Assembly: GCA_964387175.1 (NCBI GenBank)
Contig: CAYLVJ010000001.1
Location: forward strand, 602-64,601
DNA: 64,000 nt
Origin: an uncultured Candidatus Saccharibacteria bacterium
Lineage (GTDB): Bacteria > Patescibacteriota > Minisyncoccia > Minisyncoccales > CAYTKG01
Direction of reading: 5' to 3'
The notes beneath the pieces were generated by a model. It saw only the letters and a program-made list of their open reading frames with translations. It did not search any database and had not been told where the DNA came from. The position numbers and the translations under genes are program-made. Shown piece by piece: positions 19,334-29,232 of this stretch. The number at the start of each line of letters is the position of its first letter. Positions within the stretch are counted from its first letter, which is position 1.

Positions 19334-20398
19334 ATGATTTGGCCACCTAAAAAGGAAAAAGAGACTTCTGTGGGGATAGATATCGGTACTTCGGCGGTGA
19401 GGATCGTTGAGGTCAGCCGGCATGGTGAACAAGCTAAGTTAGAAAACTACGGAGAGCTTTCTATTCCGCTTGATCTCCCCCTTTATTTCGGACAAACCCA
19501 CAGAGGAAGATTGCTTTTTTCAAGCAAAAGACTGGCAGAAATGATAAGTGAGCTTCGACAAAAAGCGGGGATAGAAAAGAAGGGTGCTTTCTTTTCAATC
19601 CCTGATTTTTCTACGCTTTTAACCACTTTTGAACTCCCCCCTATGAAATTAGACGAGGTTCCGGAAGCGGTTCAGTTTGAAGCCCGCAACCGAGTACCCC
19701 TTCCTGTTTCTGAGGTCACCCTGGACTGGGTGGTTATGGAAGGAGGGTTGACAGAAAGGTCGAAAGAACCGGTGAAGATTATGTTGGTGGTTGTTCCTAA
19801 CCGAGTGATAGAGAAATATACGGAAATTGCTCATTTGTGCGGATTGGATTTAAAAGGTATGGAGGTGGAAGTTTTTTCCCTCCAGAGATCTTTGGTCAAA
19901 GATGACAAAAAAACTGTTGCCCTGATTGATATTGGAGCACAGAGTACGACCTTTAATATTGTTGACAGAGGGATTTTAAAAAGATCGCATAGTTTTAATA
20001 TCGCAGGAACCAACTTGACGGAAAGAATATCCGAGGCGTTCGAGATGGACTACCAAAAAGCGGAGACGATAAAAGAAAACCAAGGGTTAAAAGAAGGTAA
20101 TTATAATTTGAGTGAAGTTTTGATTCCGGTTCTGGATCTCATAATCACTGAAATTAAAGAATCTTCTGACAGCTTTTATCATGCGACCGGACGACAAATT
20201 GAAAAATATCAGATTGCAGGAGGAACAGCCGCCCTGCCCGGCTTGGAAGAGTACTTTACCGAATCTTTAAAGAAAGAAGTAGAAGTAGGGTTTCCTTTTG
20301 AAGGGATGGTTTATCCTTCAATTTTAAAAAAAGAACTTAAAAGAATCGGCCCTGCTTTTGCCGTGTCAACAGGGGTCGCTTTAAAAGGGATAAGATAA
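19334..20398 (+). CDS. pilM: Type IV pilus assembly protein PilM
   Basis: GIDIGTS, IDIGAQST, GGTAALPGL actin-like motifs. Confidence 0.92.
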   Translation: MIWPPKKEKETSVGIDIGTSAVRIVEVSRHGEQAKLENYGELSIPLDLPLYFGQTHRGRLLFSSKRLAEMISELRQKAGIEKKGAFFSIPDFSTLLTTFELPPMKLDEVPEAVQFEARNRVPLPVSEVTLDWVVMEGGLTERSKEPVKIMLVVVPNRVIEKYTEIAHLCGLDLKGMEVEVFSLQRSLVKDDKKTVALIDIGAQSTTFNIVDRGILKRSHSFNIAGTNLTERISEAFEMDYQKAETIKENQGLKEGNYNLSEVLIPVLDLIITEIKESSDSFYHATGRQIEKYQIAGGTAALPGLEEYFTESLKKEVEVGFPFEGMVYPSILKKELKRIGPAFAVSTGVALKGIR

Positions 20399-20399
20399 A

Positions 20400-20963
20400 A
20401 TGGATATACAATTAGTACCTAAATCAGGTCAAAAAGGAGAGTTAAAAGTTACCGGAAAGGAGATTATCTACTATATTCTTTTAGGACTGGCTCTTTTTGT
20501 TACTTTTGCATTTCTTTACCTTCATTTGGTTGGCCGTAAGATGGAAAAAGAAATTACGACGATAGACAGAAAATTGATTGAAAGTCGTTCGGGAGAATTC
20601 GAAGACCTGGAAAAAAGTATTTTAAAAGCCGAGGCTAAGATTAGCTTGTTTTCGAAGTTTTTAGACTCACACAAGAAAAACTCATTATTTTTTGATTATT
20701 TATCCACCGTTTGTCACAAGGAAGTTTTTTTCACCCACCTTGATTTGAATGCGGTTGACTCAACCGCTGAGGTGGAGGGAAAAACAGAAGATTTTGCCCG
20801 CCTCCGCCAGCAGATTTTGATATTGAGAAATGAGGAAAAAATCGAAGAAGTAGATTTAAAAAGCGTATCGATAAATCAGGAGAGGGGAGTAGATTTTTCT
20901 TTGAGTTTGTCTTTTGACTCCTCCATTTTAAAAGAAGGTTTTAAAAAAGAAGCTGAAGATTAA
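20400..20963 (+). CDS. pilN: PilN-like pilus alignment protein
   Basis: N-terminal IQLVP, TM, coiled coil; follows pilM. Confidence 0.7.
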   Translation: MDIQLVPKSGQKGELKVTGKEIIYYILLGLALFVTFAFLYLHLVGRKMEKEITTIDRKLIESRSGEFEDLEKSILKAEAKISLFSKFLDSHKKNSLFFDYLSTVCHKEVFFTHLDLNAVDSTAEVEGKTEDFARLRQQILILRNEEKIEEVDLKSVSINQERGVDFSLSLSFDSSILKEGFKKEAED

Positions 20964-20964
20964 T

Positions 20965-21573
20965 ATGAATAAAACTCTTCCAATACTTTTTCTTTTAAGC
21001 TATGTTGTGGGCGGAGGATTCGGCCTTGTTATGCCGCAAATGAGTACTTTTCGTCAAAAAAGAAAAGACCTCCTTATTAAAAAAGAAACTCTTGAAAGTA
21101 GAGAAGAATATATTGAGCATCTTAACGGGATTTCTGAAGAGCTGGAGAAACGGGAAGAGGAAATGGAAAAGGTTAATCAAGCATTCCCCGATCATCCGGA
21201 AACATCTTGGTTGGCTGAATTTTTAGAAAAAGTAACGCCTCAGTCCGGGATGACGTTAAAGGAGGTTGGTTCTTTTTCAACCTCTGTTTCAGAAACATCA
21301 ACCGGACAAAAAATCGTGGAGACGGAAATTAGAATAAAAGTCAACGGAAGTTACGAAGCTTTTCTAAACTTTTTAGAAGAGCTTGAAAAATCGGTCCGCC
21401 TTATTGAGGTGGAAAAAGTTACTTTCTCGGCTGACTCCCTTGAAGAACAAGAAGAGGGATCTGAGGTGGAAGAAGGAACGGAGGTGGAAGAAGGATCTGA
21501 AGAAGAAAAGCCTACTAGAATGTATGATTTTTCCTTAACCTGCAAGGTCCGCTCAGGCGAATTTAATTTTTAA
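20965..21573 (+). CDS. pilO: PilO-like pilus alignment protein
   Basis: GSYEAFLNFLEELEKSVRLIEV motif; synteny. Confidence 0.8.
   Translation: MNKTLPILFLLSYVVGGGFGLVMPQMSTFRQKRKDLLIKKETLESREEYIEHLNGISEELEKREEEMEKVNQAFPDHPETSWLAEFLEKVTPQSGMTLKEVGSFSTSVSETSTGQKIVETEIRIKVNGSYEAFLNFLEELEKSVRLIEVEKVTFSADSLEEQEEGSEVEEGTEVEEGSEEEKPTRMYDFSLTCKVRSGEFNF
21451..21504 (+). repeat. Imperfect 18-bp coding tandem repeat (EEGSEV/EEGTEV) in pilO
   Basis: GAAGAGGGATCTGAGGTG GAAGAAGGAACGGAGGTG GAAGAAGGATCTGAAGAA. Confidence 0.7.
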
Positions 21574-21588
21574 AATTCAAGGTGAGTT

Positions 21589-21957
21589 ATGATAAATATA
21601 ATTAAAAAAAACAAGAAGCTGGTATTTTTAGTCGGCAGTTTGTTTTTGGGAGGTGCTGCTAGTTTGATCTTTCTTCTTTCTTTTGGCTCCAAAGAGGAAG
21701 TCCTTCCTCTTGCCGGCGAAGAAGAAGTCAGTATTAATTTTGATGTTTTTAAAAAAGAAGAATTTCAAAAATTAGAGATGTTTGACCAAGAAAGTGAAAT
21801 TCCCGAGGAGAAGGGAAGAGAAAACCCTTTTGAAAAGTACGAAATAGTCGAAGAAGAAGTCGAAGAAGAAACCGAAGAGCTTTCTGAAGAGGAACTACCG
21901 GAGGAAGAAGAGGGGGAAGAAACTGAAGAGCTTCCCGAAGAACTCCCGGAGCAATAA
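21589..21957 (+). CDS. Hypothetical membrane-anchored acidic protein (PilP position)
   Basis: TM followed by GRENPF motif and a Glu-rich tail. Confidence 0.65.
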   Translation: MINIIKKNKKLVFLVGSLFLGGAASLIFLLSFGSKEEVLPLAGEEEVSINFDVFKKEEFQKLEMFDQESEIPEEKGRENPFEKYEIVEEEVEEETEELSEEELPEEEEGEETEELPEELPEQ

Positions 21958-21979
21958 TTTAATAACTTAAATTTTCCCA

Positions 21980-23707
21980 GTGTCTTTAATTAAAGAACTT
22001 GTCAAAAAAGGAATACTTGAAGAGAAAAAAGCTTCTGCTTTTCAATACGAAGCTAAAAACAAGGAAAAGACGATAGAGGAGGTGCTCTTAGAAAACGGTG
22101 TCATTCCAGAAAAAAAACTTTTCGAGATAAAAAGTCGTTTAGTCGATGTACCCTTAAAAAAGGTTTATCCGGAAGATGTGGATATAGATCTTTTAAAACT
22201 CATTCCCGGGAAGACAGCCGGGCACTACAAAGTTATTCCTTTGGGAATTCAGGGGGATGTACTTGAGTTGGGTATGGTTTATCCGGAAGATGAGAAAGCA
22301 AAAGACGCCATAAATTTCTTAGCAAGACAAGGAGGTTTTGATTACGAAATATATCTTGTCACTCCCAACAACTTCAAGGAGATCTATAGAAAATATCGAG
22401 GTTTGGAAAAAGAAGTTTCAGAAGCATTAGAGGAGGCTCAAAAAGAAGAAGAAGAAGAAAAGAAGAAGTTCAAAAAAGGAACTCCAAAAGGATTGGAGAG
22501 ATTAACAGAGAGAACCCCTATTTCTAAGGTAATAGATGTTCTTCTAAGGCATGCTTTGGAGGGGAGTGCTTCTGATATTCACATTGAGCCTTTCGGAGGT
22601 AAATTAAGAGTGCGTTTTAGGGTTTTGGGAGATCTTCATTCTTCTATTTTTTTACCGGAAGATTACCTTTCTACTTTAGTAGCAAGAGTTAAAATACTGT
22701 CTGACTTGAGAATTGATGAATCAAGAATACCCCAAGACGGTCGTTTTTCAAAAGAGGTAAGCGGGCGAAAGGTAGATTTCCGGGTTTCTACTTTTCCGAC
22801 AGCTCACGGGGAAAAGGTGGCGCTGCGTGTTTTGGATCCCAAGGAAGGTTTAAAAAATTTCGATGATCTTGGCCTTTCCGAAAGGGGCTACCAAAAACTA
22901 AAAAGATCAGTGGAGCAGCCGGCGGGGATGATTCTGGTCAGCGGTCCTACCGGGTCAGGGAAGACGACGACCCTTTATGCCCTGTTGCAGCATCTTAATA
23001 AGGAGGAGGTTAACATAGTAACCTTGGAGGATCCTATTGAATATTTCCTTCAGGGATTGAACCAATCTCAAATTAAACCTGAGATTGGCTATACTTTTGC
23101 CAAGGGATTGAGGTTTGTTTTAAGGCAGGACCCTGATATTATTATGGTGGGTGAGTTGCGGGATGAAGAAAGTGCTAAACTGGCTGCTCATGCTGCGTTG
23201 GTGGGAGATCTCTTGTTGGCTACAATTCACACTACCAACGTTTTAAATGTTCCCACTCGTCTTGTTAACTTGGGAGTAAAACCTTATCTTATTCCTGTTA
23301 CAGTAAGCACCATGCTCTCTCAAAGGTTGGTCCGCAGGCTTTGTGATAACTGTAAAGAAAAAAGTAAGCCCAATAAAGAAGAAGAAGAAGTTATTAAACA
23401 AGAGCTAGAGGGTCTACCGAAGGACGTTGAAAAAGAAATTGACTTTAACGATCTTAATATATGGAAAAAGAAAGGGTGCAGGGAATGTGAACAGAGGGGT
23501 TTTTCCGGCCGGATTGGTGTTTTTGAAGTTTTGGACATGACCGAACCACTGTCAGAAATTGTAATTGGTGGAAATTTAAATGAATTTAAAATTTCTGAGG
23601 AAGCAGAAAGACAAAAGATGGTGACCATGCGTCAAGACGCTTTCTTGAAAGTTTTAAAAGGAGAGACTACTATTAAAGAGGCATTATCAGTAGTAAGAGA
23701 GAAATAA
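21980..23707 (+). CDS. pilB: Type IV pilus extension ATPase PilB/GspE
   Basis: ASDIHIEP, GPTGSGKTT, LRQDPD, tetracysteine CDNC...CREC. Confidence 0.93.
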   Translation: MSLIKELVKKGILEEKKASAFQYEAKNKEKTIEEVLLENGVIPEKKLFEIKSRLVDVPLKKVYPEDVDIDLLKLIPGKTAGHYKVIPLGIQGDVLELGMVYPEDEKAKDAINFLARQGGFDYEIYLVTPNNFKEIYRKYRGLEKEVSEALEEAQKEEEEEKKKFKKGTPKGLERLTERTPISKVIDVLLRHALEGSASDIHIEPFGGKLRVRFRVLGDLHSSIFLPEDYLSTLVARVKILSDLRIDESRIPQDGRFSKEVSGRKVDFRVSTFPTAHGEKVALRVLDPKEGLKNFDDLGLSERGYQKLKRSVEQPAGMILVSGPTGSGKTTTLYALLQHLNKEEVNIVTLEDPIEYFLQGLNQSQIKPEIGYTFAKGLRFVLRQDPDIIMVGELRDEESAKLAAHAALVGDLLLATIHTTNVLNVPTRLVNLGVKPYLIPVTVSTMLSQRLVRRLCDNCKEKSKPNKEEEEVIKQELEGLPKDVEKEIDFNDLNIWKKKGCRECEQRGFSGRIGVFEVLDMTEPLSEIVIGGNLNEFKISEEAERQKMVTMRQDAFLKVLKGETTIKEALSVVREK

Positions 23708-23709
23708 AA

Positions 23710-24084
23710 ATGAATAAGAAAATACTTTTGGTGGAGGACGATCCTTTGATTGTTAAAATTTACAAGACACGTTTAGAGGAGGAAGGCTTTGAGGTGGAAG
23801 TTGTTTCTCAAGGGGAAAGGGTAGTGGGGGAGCTAAAGAAAAATGAATTTGACCTTGTTCTTTTGGACATTGTTTTACCTGAGTTGACGGGTTTTGAGAT
23901 TTTAAAGAGGATAAAAGGGGAGGGTCTTTTGGAAAACTTGAAAGTTTTAGTTCTTTCTAATCTAGGGGAGAAAAGGAGTGTGGAAAAAGCAGCCAAATTG
24001 GGAGCGGTAAGCTACTTGATAAAAGCGCATTACACCCCCACCGAAGTCATAGAGGAGGTTAAAAAGACTTTAAGTGAAAATTAA
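23710..24084 (+). CDS. Single-domain response regulator
   Basis: LLVEDD, LLDIVLP, LSN, YLIK. Confidence 0.9.
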   Translation: MNKKILLVEDDPLIVKIYKTRLEEEGFEVEVVSQGERVVGELKKNEFDLVLLDIVLPELTGFEILKRIKGEGLLENLKVLVLSNLGEKRSVEKAAKLGAVSYLIKAHYTPTEVIEEVKKTLSEN

Positions 24085-24085
24085 A

Positions 24086-25159
24086 ATGAGTATTTATCCA
24101 CAAAAAGCGAGAGAAATTTTAAAATTAGCCCTTAAGGAAAAAGCATCGGACGTTCATTTCTCTAAAGGTCACAAACCTATCTTAAGGATAGATCGCAGCT
24201 TGGTGCCTCTGAAGCGTTTTGAAAAACTGCGTGACGATGATCTACGGAAAATAGCCGAATCTTTTTTAACCGAAAAACAAAGAATAACATTGTCTGAAGA
24301 AAGAACTGTGGAGTTGTCTTATGAGTTGGAAGAGCGGGCGCGCTTTAGGACCAGTGTCTTTTATCAAAGAGGCTCTATCTCTATCGCCATGCGTCTTATT
24401 CCCGCTGAGATAAAGCCCATAGAAGAACTTAATCTTCCCCCGGTGCTTCACCGCTTTGCCAAGGCTCCACAAGGGTTTGTTTTGGTTACCGGGCCTTCTT
24501 CACAAGGGAAGTCAACCACTCTTGCTTCAGTGATGGAAGAGATAAACAAAAACCGTTCAGCTCATATTATAACGATTGAAGACCCGATCGAGTATTTCTT
24601 TGAGGATAAAGAGTCCATAGTGGATCAAAGAGAAGTGGGCAGAGATGCGAAAGATTTCCAAAAAGCCTTAGAAGAAAGCTTCAGACAAGATCCGGACGTG
24701 ATCATGCTGGGAGAAATGAGAAGCAAAGAAACGATTGCCACCGCTATCACCGCCGCTGAAACGGGTCACTTGGTTTTTTCCACCCTGCACACCAACAGCG
24801 CTTCTCAAGCTATCCACCGTGTTGTTGACAGCTTTTCCCCCAAACAGCAGCCGCAGATAAGAAACCAGCTTTCCAGCTCTCTTTTGGGAGTAGTTTCTCA
24901 GCGTCTTTTGCCGCGGATCAAAGGAGGTCTTGTACCTGCCTGCGAGATACTTATTTCCACCCCAGCTGTTTCTAACTTAATTCGGGAGAATAAAATACAC
25001 GAGATTCCGATGGTGATTGAAACTTCTGCTGACGAGGGCATGATTACTTTAAACAAGGCTCTTGCCAACCATGTCAGGGCCAAGGAAATATCTTTAAAAA
25101 CAGCTGTTAAATATTCTTTAAACCCCGGGGAATTAAGGCAACTCGTTGGTGATTTTTAA
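24086..25159 (+). CDS. pilT: Type IV pilus retraction ATPase PilT/PilU
   Basis: GPSSQGKSTT, TIEDPIE, AAETGHLVFSTLH, AVSNLIRE; alternative GTG start at 24074. Confidence 0.92.
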   Translation: MSIYPQKAREILKLALKEKASDVHFSKGHKPILRIDRSLVPLKRFEKLRDDDLRKIAESFLTEKQRITLSEERTVELSYELEERARFRTSVFYQRGSISIAMRLIPAEIKPIEELNLPPVLHRFAKAPQGFVLVTGPSSQGKSTTLASVMEEINKNRSAHIITIEDPIEYFFEDKESIVDQREVGRDAKDFQKALEESFRQDPDVIMLGEMRSKETIATAITAAETGHLVFSTLHTNSASQAIHRVVDSFSPKQQPQIRNQLSSSLLGVVSQRLLPRIKGGLVPACEILISTPAVSNLIRENKIHEIPMVIETSADEGMITLNKALANHVRAKEISLKTAVKYSLNPGELRQLVGDF

Positions 25160-25162
25160 ACT

Positions 25163-26371
25163 ATGAAGTTTACCTATCAAGCGAGAACAGAAGAAGGAGA
25201 GAGTAAAAGAGGGTTTATCGAAGCTTCTTCACGAGAAGCCGCTTTAGATATTTTAAAACAATACGGACTTTATCCAACTTCTCTTTCTCCCCACCGCAGA
25301 CCTTTAAAAGAGATGCTGCCTTCTGCTTTTCGTGATGTTTCAAGACAGGACGTAATTCTTTTCACCAGGCAGCTTTCTATTATGGTGAGGTCTGAAATTC
25401 CGGTGGTTGAAACACTAGAGACTATCGCTAAACAGGTGGACAAGGAGATCTTTAAAGAAAAGATTTTAAAGATGTCTCAATTTGTTGAGGACGGCCGGCC
25501 CTTGTCCGAGGCGATGGAAAACTTTCCCGACATGTTTTCCGATTTTTATATAGGAATGATAAGGGCGGGGGAAAAAGCAGGCGAGGTTCCCCAAAGCTTG
25601 GATTACCTGGCCGATTATTTGGAAAAGAATCAAAAATTAAAGAGTCAGCTGATAGGAGCTCTCCTTTATCCGATATTTGTCTCTGTGTTTTTTGTTCTTT
25701 TGATGTTTGTTATGAGTATTTTTGTTGTTCCCAATTTTAAAACCGTTTTTGAAGATATGGAGATCGAACTGCCCCTTATTACTCAGATTGTAATTGGGGC
25801 GTCAGAAGTTTTGAAGAATTGGTGGTGGGTTTTTCTCGTTTTGTTTTTCGGAGTCTCCAGTTTAATTTTTTATCTTTTTGAAAACGAAGAAACGAAAAAA
25901 AAGATGGATAAACTTTTGCTCCGTGTTCCCTTGATAAGCGGACTTTTGAAAAAAGTTTATCTTTCTCGGATCGCACTTAACTTGTCTACTCTTATCTCAA
26001 GTGGAGTTCCTATCAGTGACGCCTTGGAGGTTACAGCTGACTTGGTGGGAAACCATGTTTACCAAGAGATTGTTCTTGAGGCGAGAAAAGAGGTAAGGGC
26101 GGGCAGTGAGATAAGCAGCGTTTTTAGGTCTTATCCAGATAAGTTCTCCGTATTCTTTAATCAGATGATGGTTACTGGAGAAAGAGCGGGAAAGCTGGAG
26201 TCGACCCTGGGCAACATAGTTACCTTTTATGAAAAAGAAGTTGACGAAACCCTGGAAAGACTTCTTAAATTTATTGAACCTGTCCTTATTATCGTTCTCG
26301 GTGTTTTGGTGGGCGGATTAGCACTTTCCTTGTTTATTCCTTTGTTCCAGCAGGGAGGTCTCGCCATGTAA
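25163..26371 (+). CDS. pilC: Type IV pilus platform protein PilC/GspF
   Basis: FTRQLS, GEKAG, LYP, GERAG, IEP motifs. Confidence 0.93.
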   Translation: MKFTYQARTEEGESKRGFIEASSREAALDILKQYGLYPTSLSPHRRPLKEMLPSAFRDVSRQDVILFTRQLSIMVRSEIPVVETLETIAKQVDKEIFKEKILKMSQFVEDGRPLSEAMENFPDMFSDFYIGMIRAGEKAGEVPQSLDYLADYLEKNQKLKSQLIGALLYPIFVSVFFVLLMFVMSIFVVPNFKTVFEDMEIELPLITQIVIGASEVLKNWWWVFLVLFFGVSSLIFYLFENEETKKKMDKLLLRVPLISGLLKKVYLSRIALNLSTLISSGVPISDALEVTADLVGNHVYQEIVLEARKEVRAGSEISSVFRSYPDKFSVFFNQMMVTGERAGKLESTLGNIVTFYEKEVDETLERLLKFIEPVLIIVLGVLVGGLALSLFIPLFQQGGLAM

Positions 26372-26433
26372 TTCTTGTTTTCTTCCCTTTTTTGTTATAA
26401 TTAATGAATAACCAGCTAATCAAGAGTTTAAAT

Positions 26434-26898
26434 ATGAAAAAAAGAGTCATAAAAAAAGTTGGAAAAAGGGGTTTTACCCTGATAGAGCTTCTGGTGGTTA
26501 TTGCTATTATTGGCATTTTATCCTCCATCGTTCTTGTAGCCTTAAGAGGAGCGAGAGATCAGGCTAAAGACGCTCGTATAATTTCAAGCGTGAGCCAGAT
26601 GAGAAGTTTGGCAGAAGTCTATTATACAGGAAGTAGCTATAATGACTTGAATGCGGGGTGTGGGGGTGATGGGGTTATAGGTTCCGCTGATTGCAGCGAT
26701 TGTACCGAAGGAGACATAGAATCTTTGTGTGAAGATATATATGAGCAAAATTCTAGCGCCGCTCTAACTATTCATACCGGAAGTGAGTATTGTATCGAGG
26801 CTGATTTGAATGGAGGAGATAGTTATTGTGTTGATAGCAGCGGTTACGCGGGGAAAAGTAGCTCTCATAGTTGTGACAGCGGTTTTTCCTGCAACTAA
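26434..26898 (+). CDS. Type IV pilin 1
   Basis: Class III signal G|FTLIELLVVIAIIGIL; Cys-rich C-terminus. Confidence 0.9.
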   Translation: MKKRVIKKVGKRGFTLIELLVVIAIIGILSSIVLVALRGARDQAKDARIISSVSQMRSLAEVYYTGSSYNDLNAGCGGDGVIGSADCSDCTEGDIESLCEDIYEQNSSAALTIHTGSEYCIEADLNGGDSYCVDSSGYAGKSSSHSCDSGFSCN

Positions 26899-26961
26899 TT
26901 TGTCAAATGCTTGATTTTAAAAAATTAAAAAAGGTCGTAATAGCTTAAAAACTAAGAAAAT

Positions 26962-27357
26962 ATGAACAACAAAAAAGGTTTTACACTTATTGAGCTTTTG
27001 GTGGTTATTGCCATAATTGGTATCTTATCCTCTATTGTTCTTGTAGCCTTAAGAGGAGCGAGAAACAAGGCCAAAGATGGTAGGATTATAGCAGAAATGA
27101 GTCAGTTGAGGAGTTTAGCTGAGGTTAGCTATGATGGAGCAGCTTACAACATATCAGGCACAGATTATGATTCTCTGGAAACTGACATCAACGCACAGTC
27201 AGACGGATCCCTAACCCTACACCAACAAGGCGACGAATACTGCGCTTATGTTTCCTTAAATGAAGGAGATGACTATTGCATAGACAGCACCGGTTTTGCT
27301 GATGAGGTAAGTGACGCTTCTACTTCATGTGACGGGGACACTTATACCTGTCCATAA
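26962..27357 (+). CDS. Type IV pilin 2 (likely major pilin)
   Basis: KKG|FTLIELLVVIAIIGIL; followed by a terminator. Confidence 0.9.
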   Translation: MNNKKGFTLIELLVVIAIIGILSSIVLVALRGARNKAKDGRIIAEMSQLRSLAEVSYDGAAYNISGTDYDSLETDINAQSDGSLTLHQQGDEYCAYVSLNEGDDYCIDSTGFADEVSDASTSCDGDTYTCP

Positions 27358-27367
27358 GGCTAGGGTT

Positions 27368-27400
27368 AAAAAAGAGCCCGCTTGCCGGGCTCTTTTTCTT
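27368..27400 (+). terminator. Intrinsic terminator
   Basis: AAAGAGCCCG-CTTGC-CGGGCTCTTTTT. Confidence 0.8.
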
Positions 27401-27420
27401 TTGTGATATAATTTGAGAAT

Positions 27421-28197
27421 ATGTTTGATTTTGTTTTAGTTTTTGTTTTAGGTCTTTGTGTTGGATCTTTTTTGAATGTGGTTATTTACCGTTTGAAAAC
27501 AAAAGAGTCTATACTTCTCACCCGCTCTCATTGTCCTTATTGCGCCCACGAGCTTTCTTTCTTTGATCTGGTACCGCTTTTTAGCTTTTTGTTTTTAAAA
27601 GGTAAGTGTCGTTATTGCAAGAAGAAGATTCCGTGGCGTTATCCTTTGGTGGAGTTTTTCTCGGGGGTTCTTTTACTTCTTGTCTTCTTGTTTTTTTATC
27701 CGGAGTTAGTTTCTGTTTTTTACTATTCTTTTTTGGCTTTTTCTCTTTTGGTGATTTTTGTCTACGACCTACTTCATTTCATTATTCCGGACAAGGTCTT
27801 GTTGCCGTCTTTTTTGCTTGTTCTTTTTTTTCACGCCTTTCAAGTTTTAAAAGGGGTTAATGGATTAGAGGAGCTTTTTTCTTTTTTTCTTTCGGGGCTT
27901 GGTGCGGCGGTTTTTTTCTTTTCCTTTCATTTTTTCTCCAAGGGAAAAGCGATGGGGTTCGGAGATGTAAAGCTTGCTTTCCTTCTCGGTTTGTTTTTAG
28001 GTTGGCCCTTGATTATTCCAGCTCTTTTTATCGCTTTTTTTATTGGAGGCTTGGTTGCGAGCTTTTTGCTTTTTTTTACCGAGAAAGGATGGAAAAGCAA
28101 AGTTCCCTTTGGCCCTTTTTTGGTCTTCGGAGCGATTTTGAGTCTTTTTTGGGGGGAAGCTTTGATTCGTCTTTATATTAATTTAGTTGCTTTTTAA
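27421..28197 (+). CDS. pilD: Prepilin peptidase PilD
   Basis: GSFLNVVIYR, CPYC...CRYC, MGFGDVKL, VPFGPFL. Confidence 0.95.
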   Translation: MFDFVLVFVLGLCVGSFLNVVIYRLKTKESILLTRSHCPYCAHELSFFDLVPLFSFLFLKGKCRYCKKKIPWRYPLVEFFSGVLLLLVFLFFYPELVSVFYYSFLAFSLLVIFVYDLLHFIIPDKVLLPSFLLVLFFHAFQVLKGVNGLEELFSFFLSGLGAAVFFFSFHFFSKGKAMGFGDVKLAFLLGLFLGWPLIIPALFIAFFIGGLVASFLLFFTEKGWKSKVPFGPFLVFGAILSLFWGEALIRLYINLVAF

Positions 28198-28217
28198 CCT
28201 TGTGGTATAATTTAACA

Positions 28218-28739
28218 ATGTCAATTTTTAAGAATAAAAAAGGTTTTACCTTGATGGAACTTATGGTTTCTTTCGGAGTGGTTGCGCTTTTAGTCGGAGT
28301 AGTTTTAGCCCGTTACAAGGTTTTAAGCACCCGTTTTAATATATTAAATGAAGCTCACAACACGGTGCAGAGCTTGAGGGCCATGCAGGAGCACTCTATT
28401 TCGGGTAAGGAGATAGAAGGTTCTCTTCCGGACAGTTTCGGATTTTATCTTACAGGCTCAAACAGCTATATTCTTTATGCTGATCAGGATGATAATCAGC
28501 ACTATGATTTTGGAGAAAAAATTAAAGAGGTTGAGCTGGAAAAAGATTTTTACTTCGGTTTGGGAGGGGCAAGCGAAGTGGACATTAATTTTGAAGGCCC
28601 AAGTCCTGTTACCACTATTCGGGTTGATGGTTCTTTAGAAGGGTCAACGGAGTTTTATATAATCTCTCTGGAAGGTTCTGCACCTGATCAAAAGATATGG
28701 GTTAATAAGGGGGGTTTAATTTATACCGATGAAAGATAA
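28218..28739 (+). CDS. Minor pilin
   Basis: KKG|FTLMEL signal. Confidence 0.8.
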   Translation: MSIFKNKKGFTLMELMVSFGVVALLVGVVLARYKVLSTRFNILNEAHNTVQSLRAMQEHSISGKEIEGSLPDSFGFYLTGSNSYILYADQDDNQHYDFGEKIKEVELEKDFYFGLGGASEVDINFEGPSPVTTIRVDGSLEGSTEFYIISLEGSAPDQKIWVNKGGLIYTDER

Positions 28740-29232
28740 AGGATTTACAATACTAGAGCTTACCGTCAGCATTTTTATTCTAATAGTTGGAGTGGTTGGA
28801 TCCTCTAATATGATTGCGGATTTACTTACTTATACTCGTTTTACCGCCGACAAGGCTACCGCTTCCTATTTAACCCAAGAAGGAATGGAGATAACGAGAA
28901 ACATCAGAGACAGCAACTGGATCCAGGATGAAGACTGGGATACGGGTTTGTGTGGAAGCAGTGAATGTCAAACGGGCCAGACCTACTCATGTTATGGAGA
29001 CCTTGGAGACGATGAATCTTTACATTGTGGGTCAGGGGGAGAAACAATTTATGAAAACAGCGGTTTTTACAATCATAACAGCGTGGGAAGTGCAACTATT
29101 TTTTCCAGATTGATAGAAGTAGAGAAGGTTTCTCAGGAAAAGATTGAAGTATGTACGAAAACAAGCTGGGATACTCATAAGATGGAGGCTTGCACTTGGT
29201 TATATAATTGGCACATGCCCGAAGAATCATGA
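28729..29232 (+). CDS. Minor pilin (PilV-like)
   Basis: KG|FTILEL; QEGMEITRNIRDSN. Confidence 0.8.
   Translation: MKDKGFTILELTVSIFILIVGVVGSSNMIADLLTYTRFTADKATASYLTQEGMEITRNIRDSNWIQDEDWDTGLCGSSECQTGQTYSCYGDLGDDESLHCGSGGETIYENSGFYNHNSVGSATIFSRLIEVEKVSQEKIEVCTKTSWDTHKMEACTWLYNWHMPEES

Noticed and set aside
19277-19432. N-terminal extension of comF
   Set aside because: Overlaps pilM on the opposite strand; homology begins after ATG 19276
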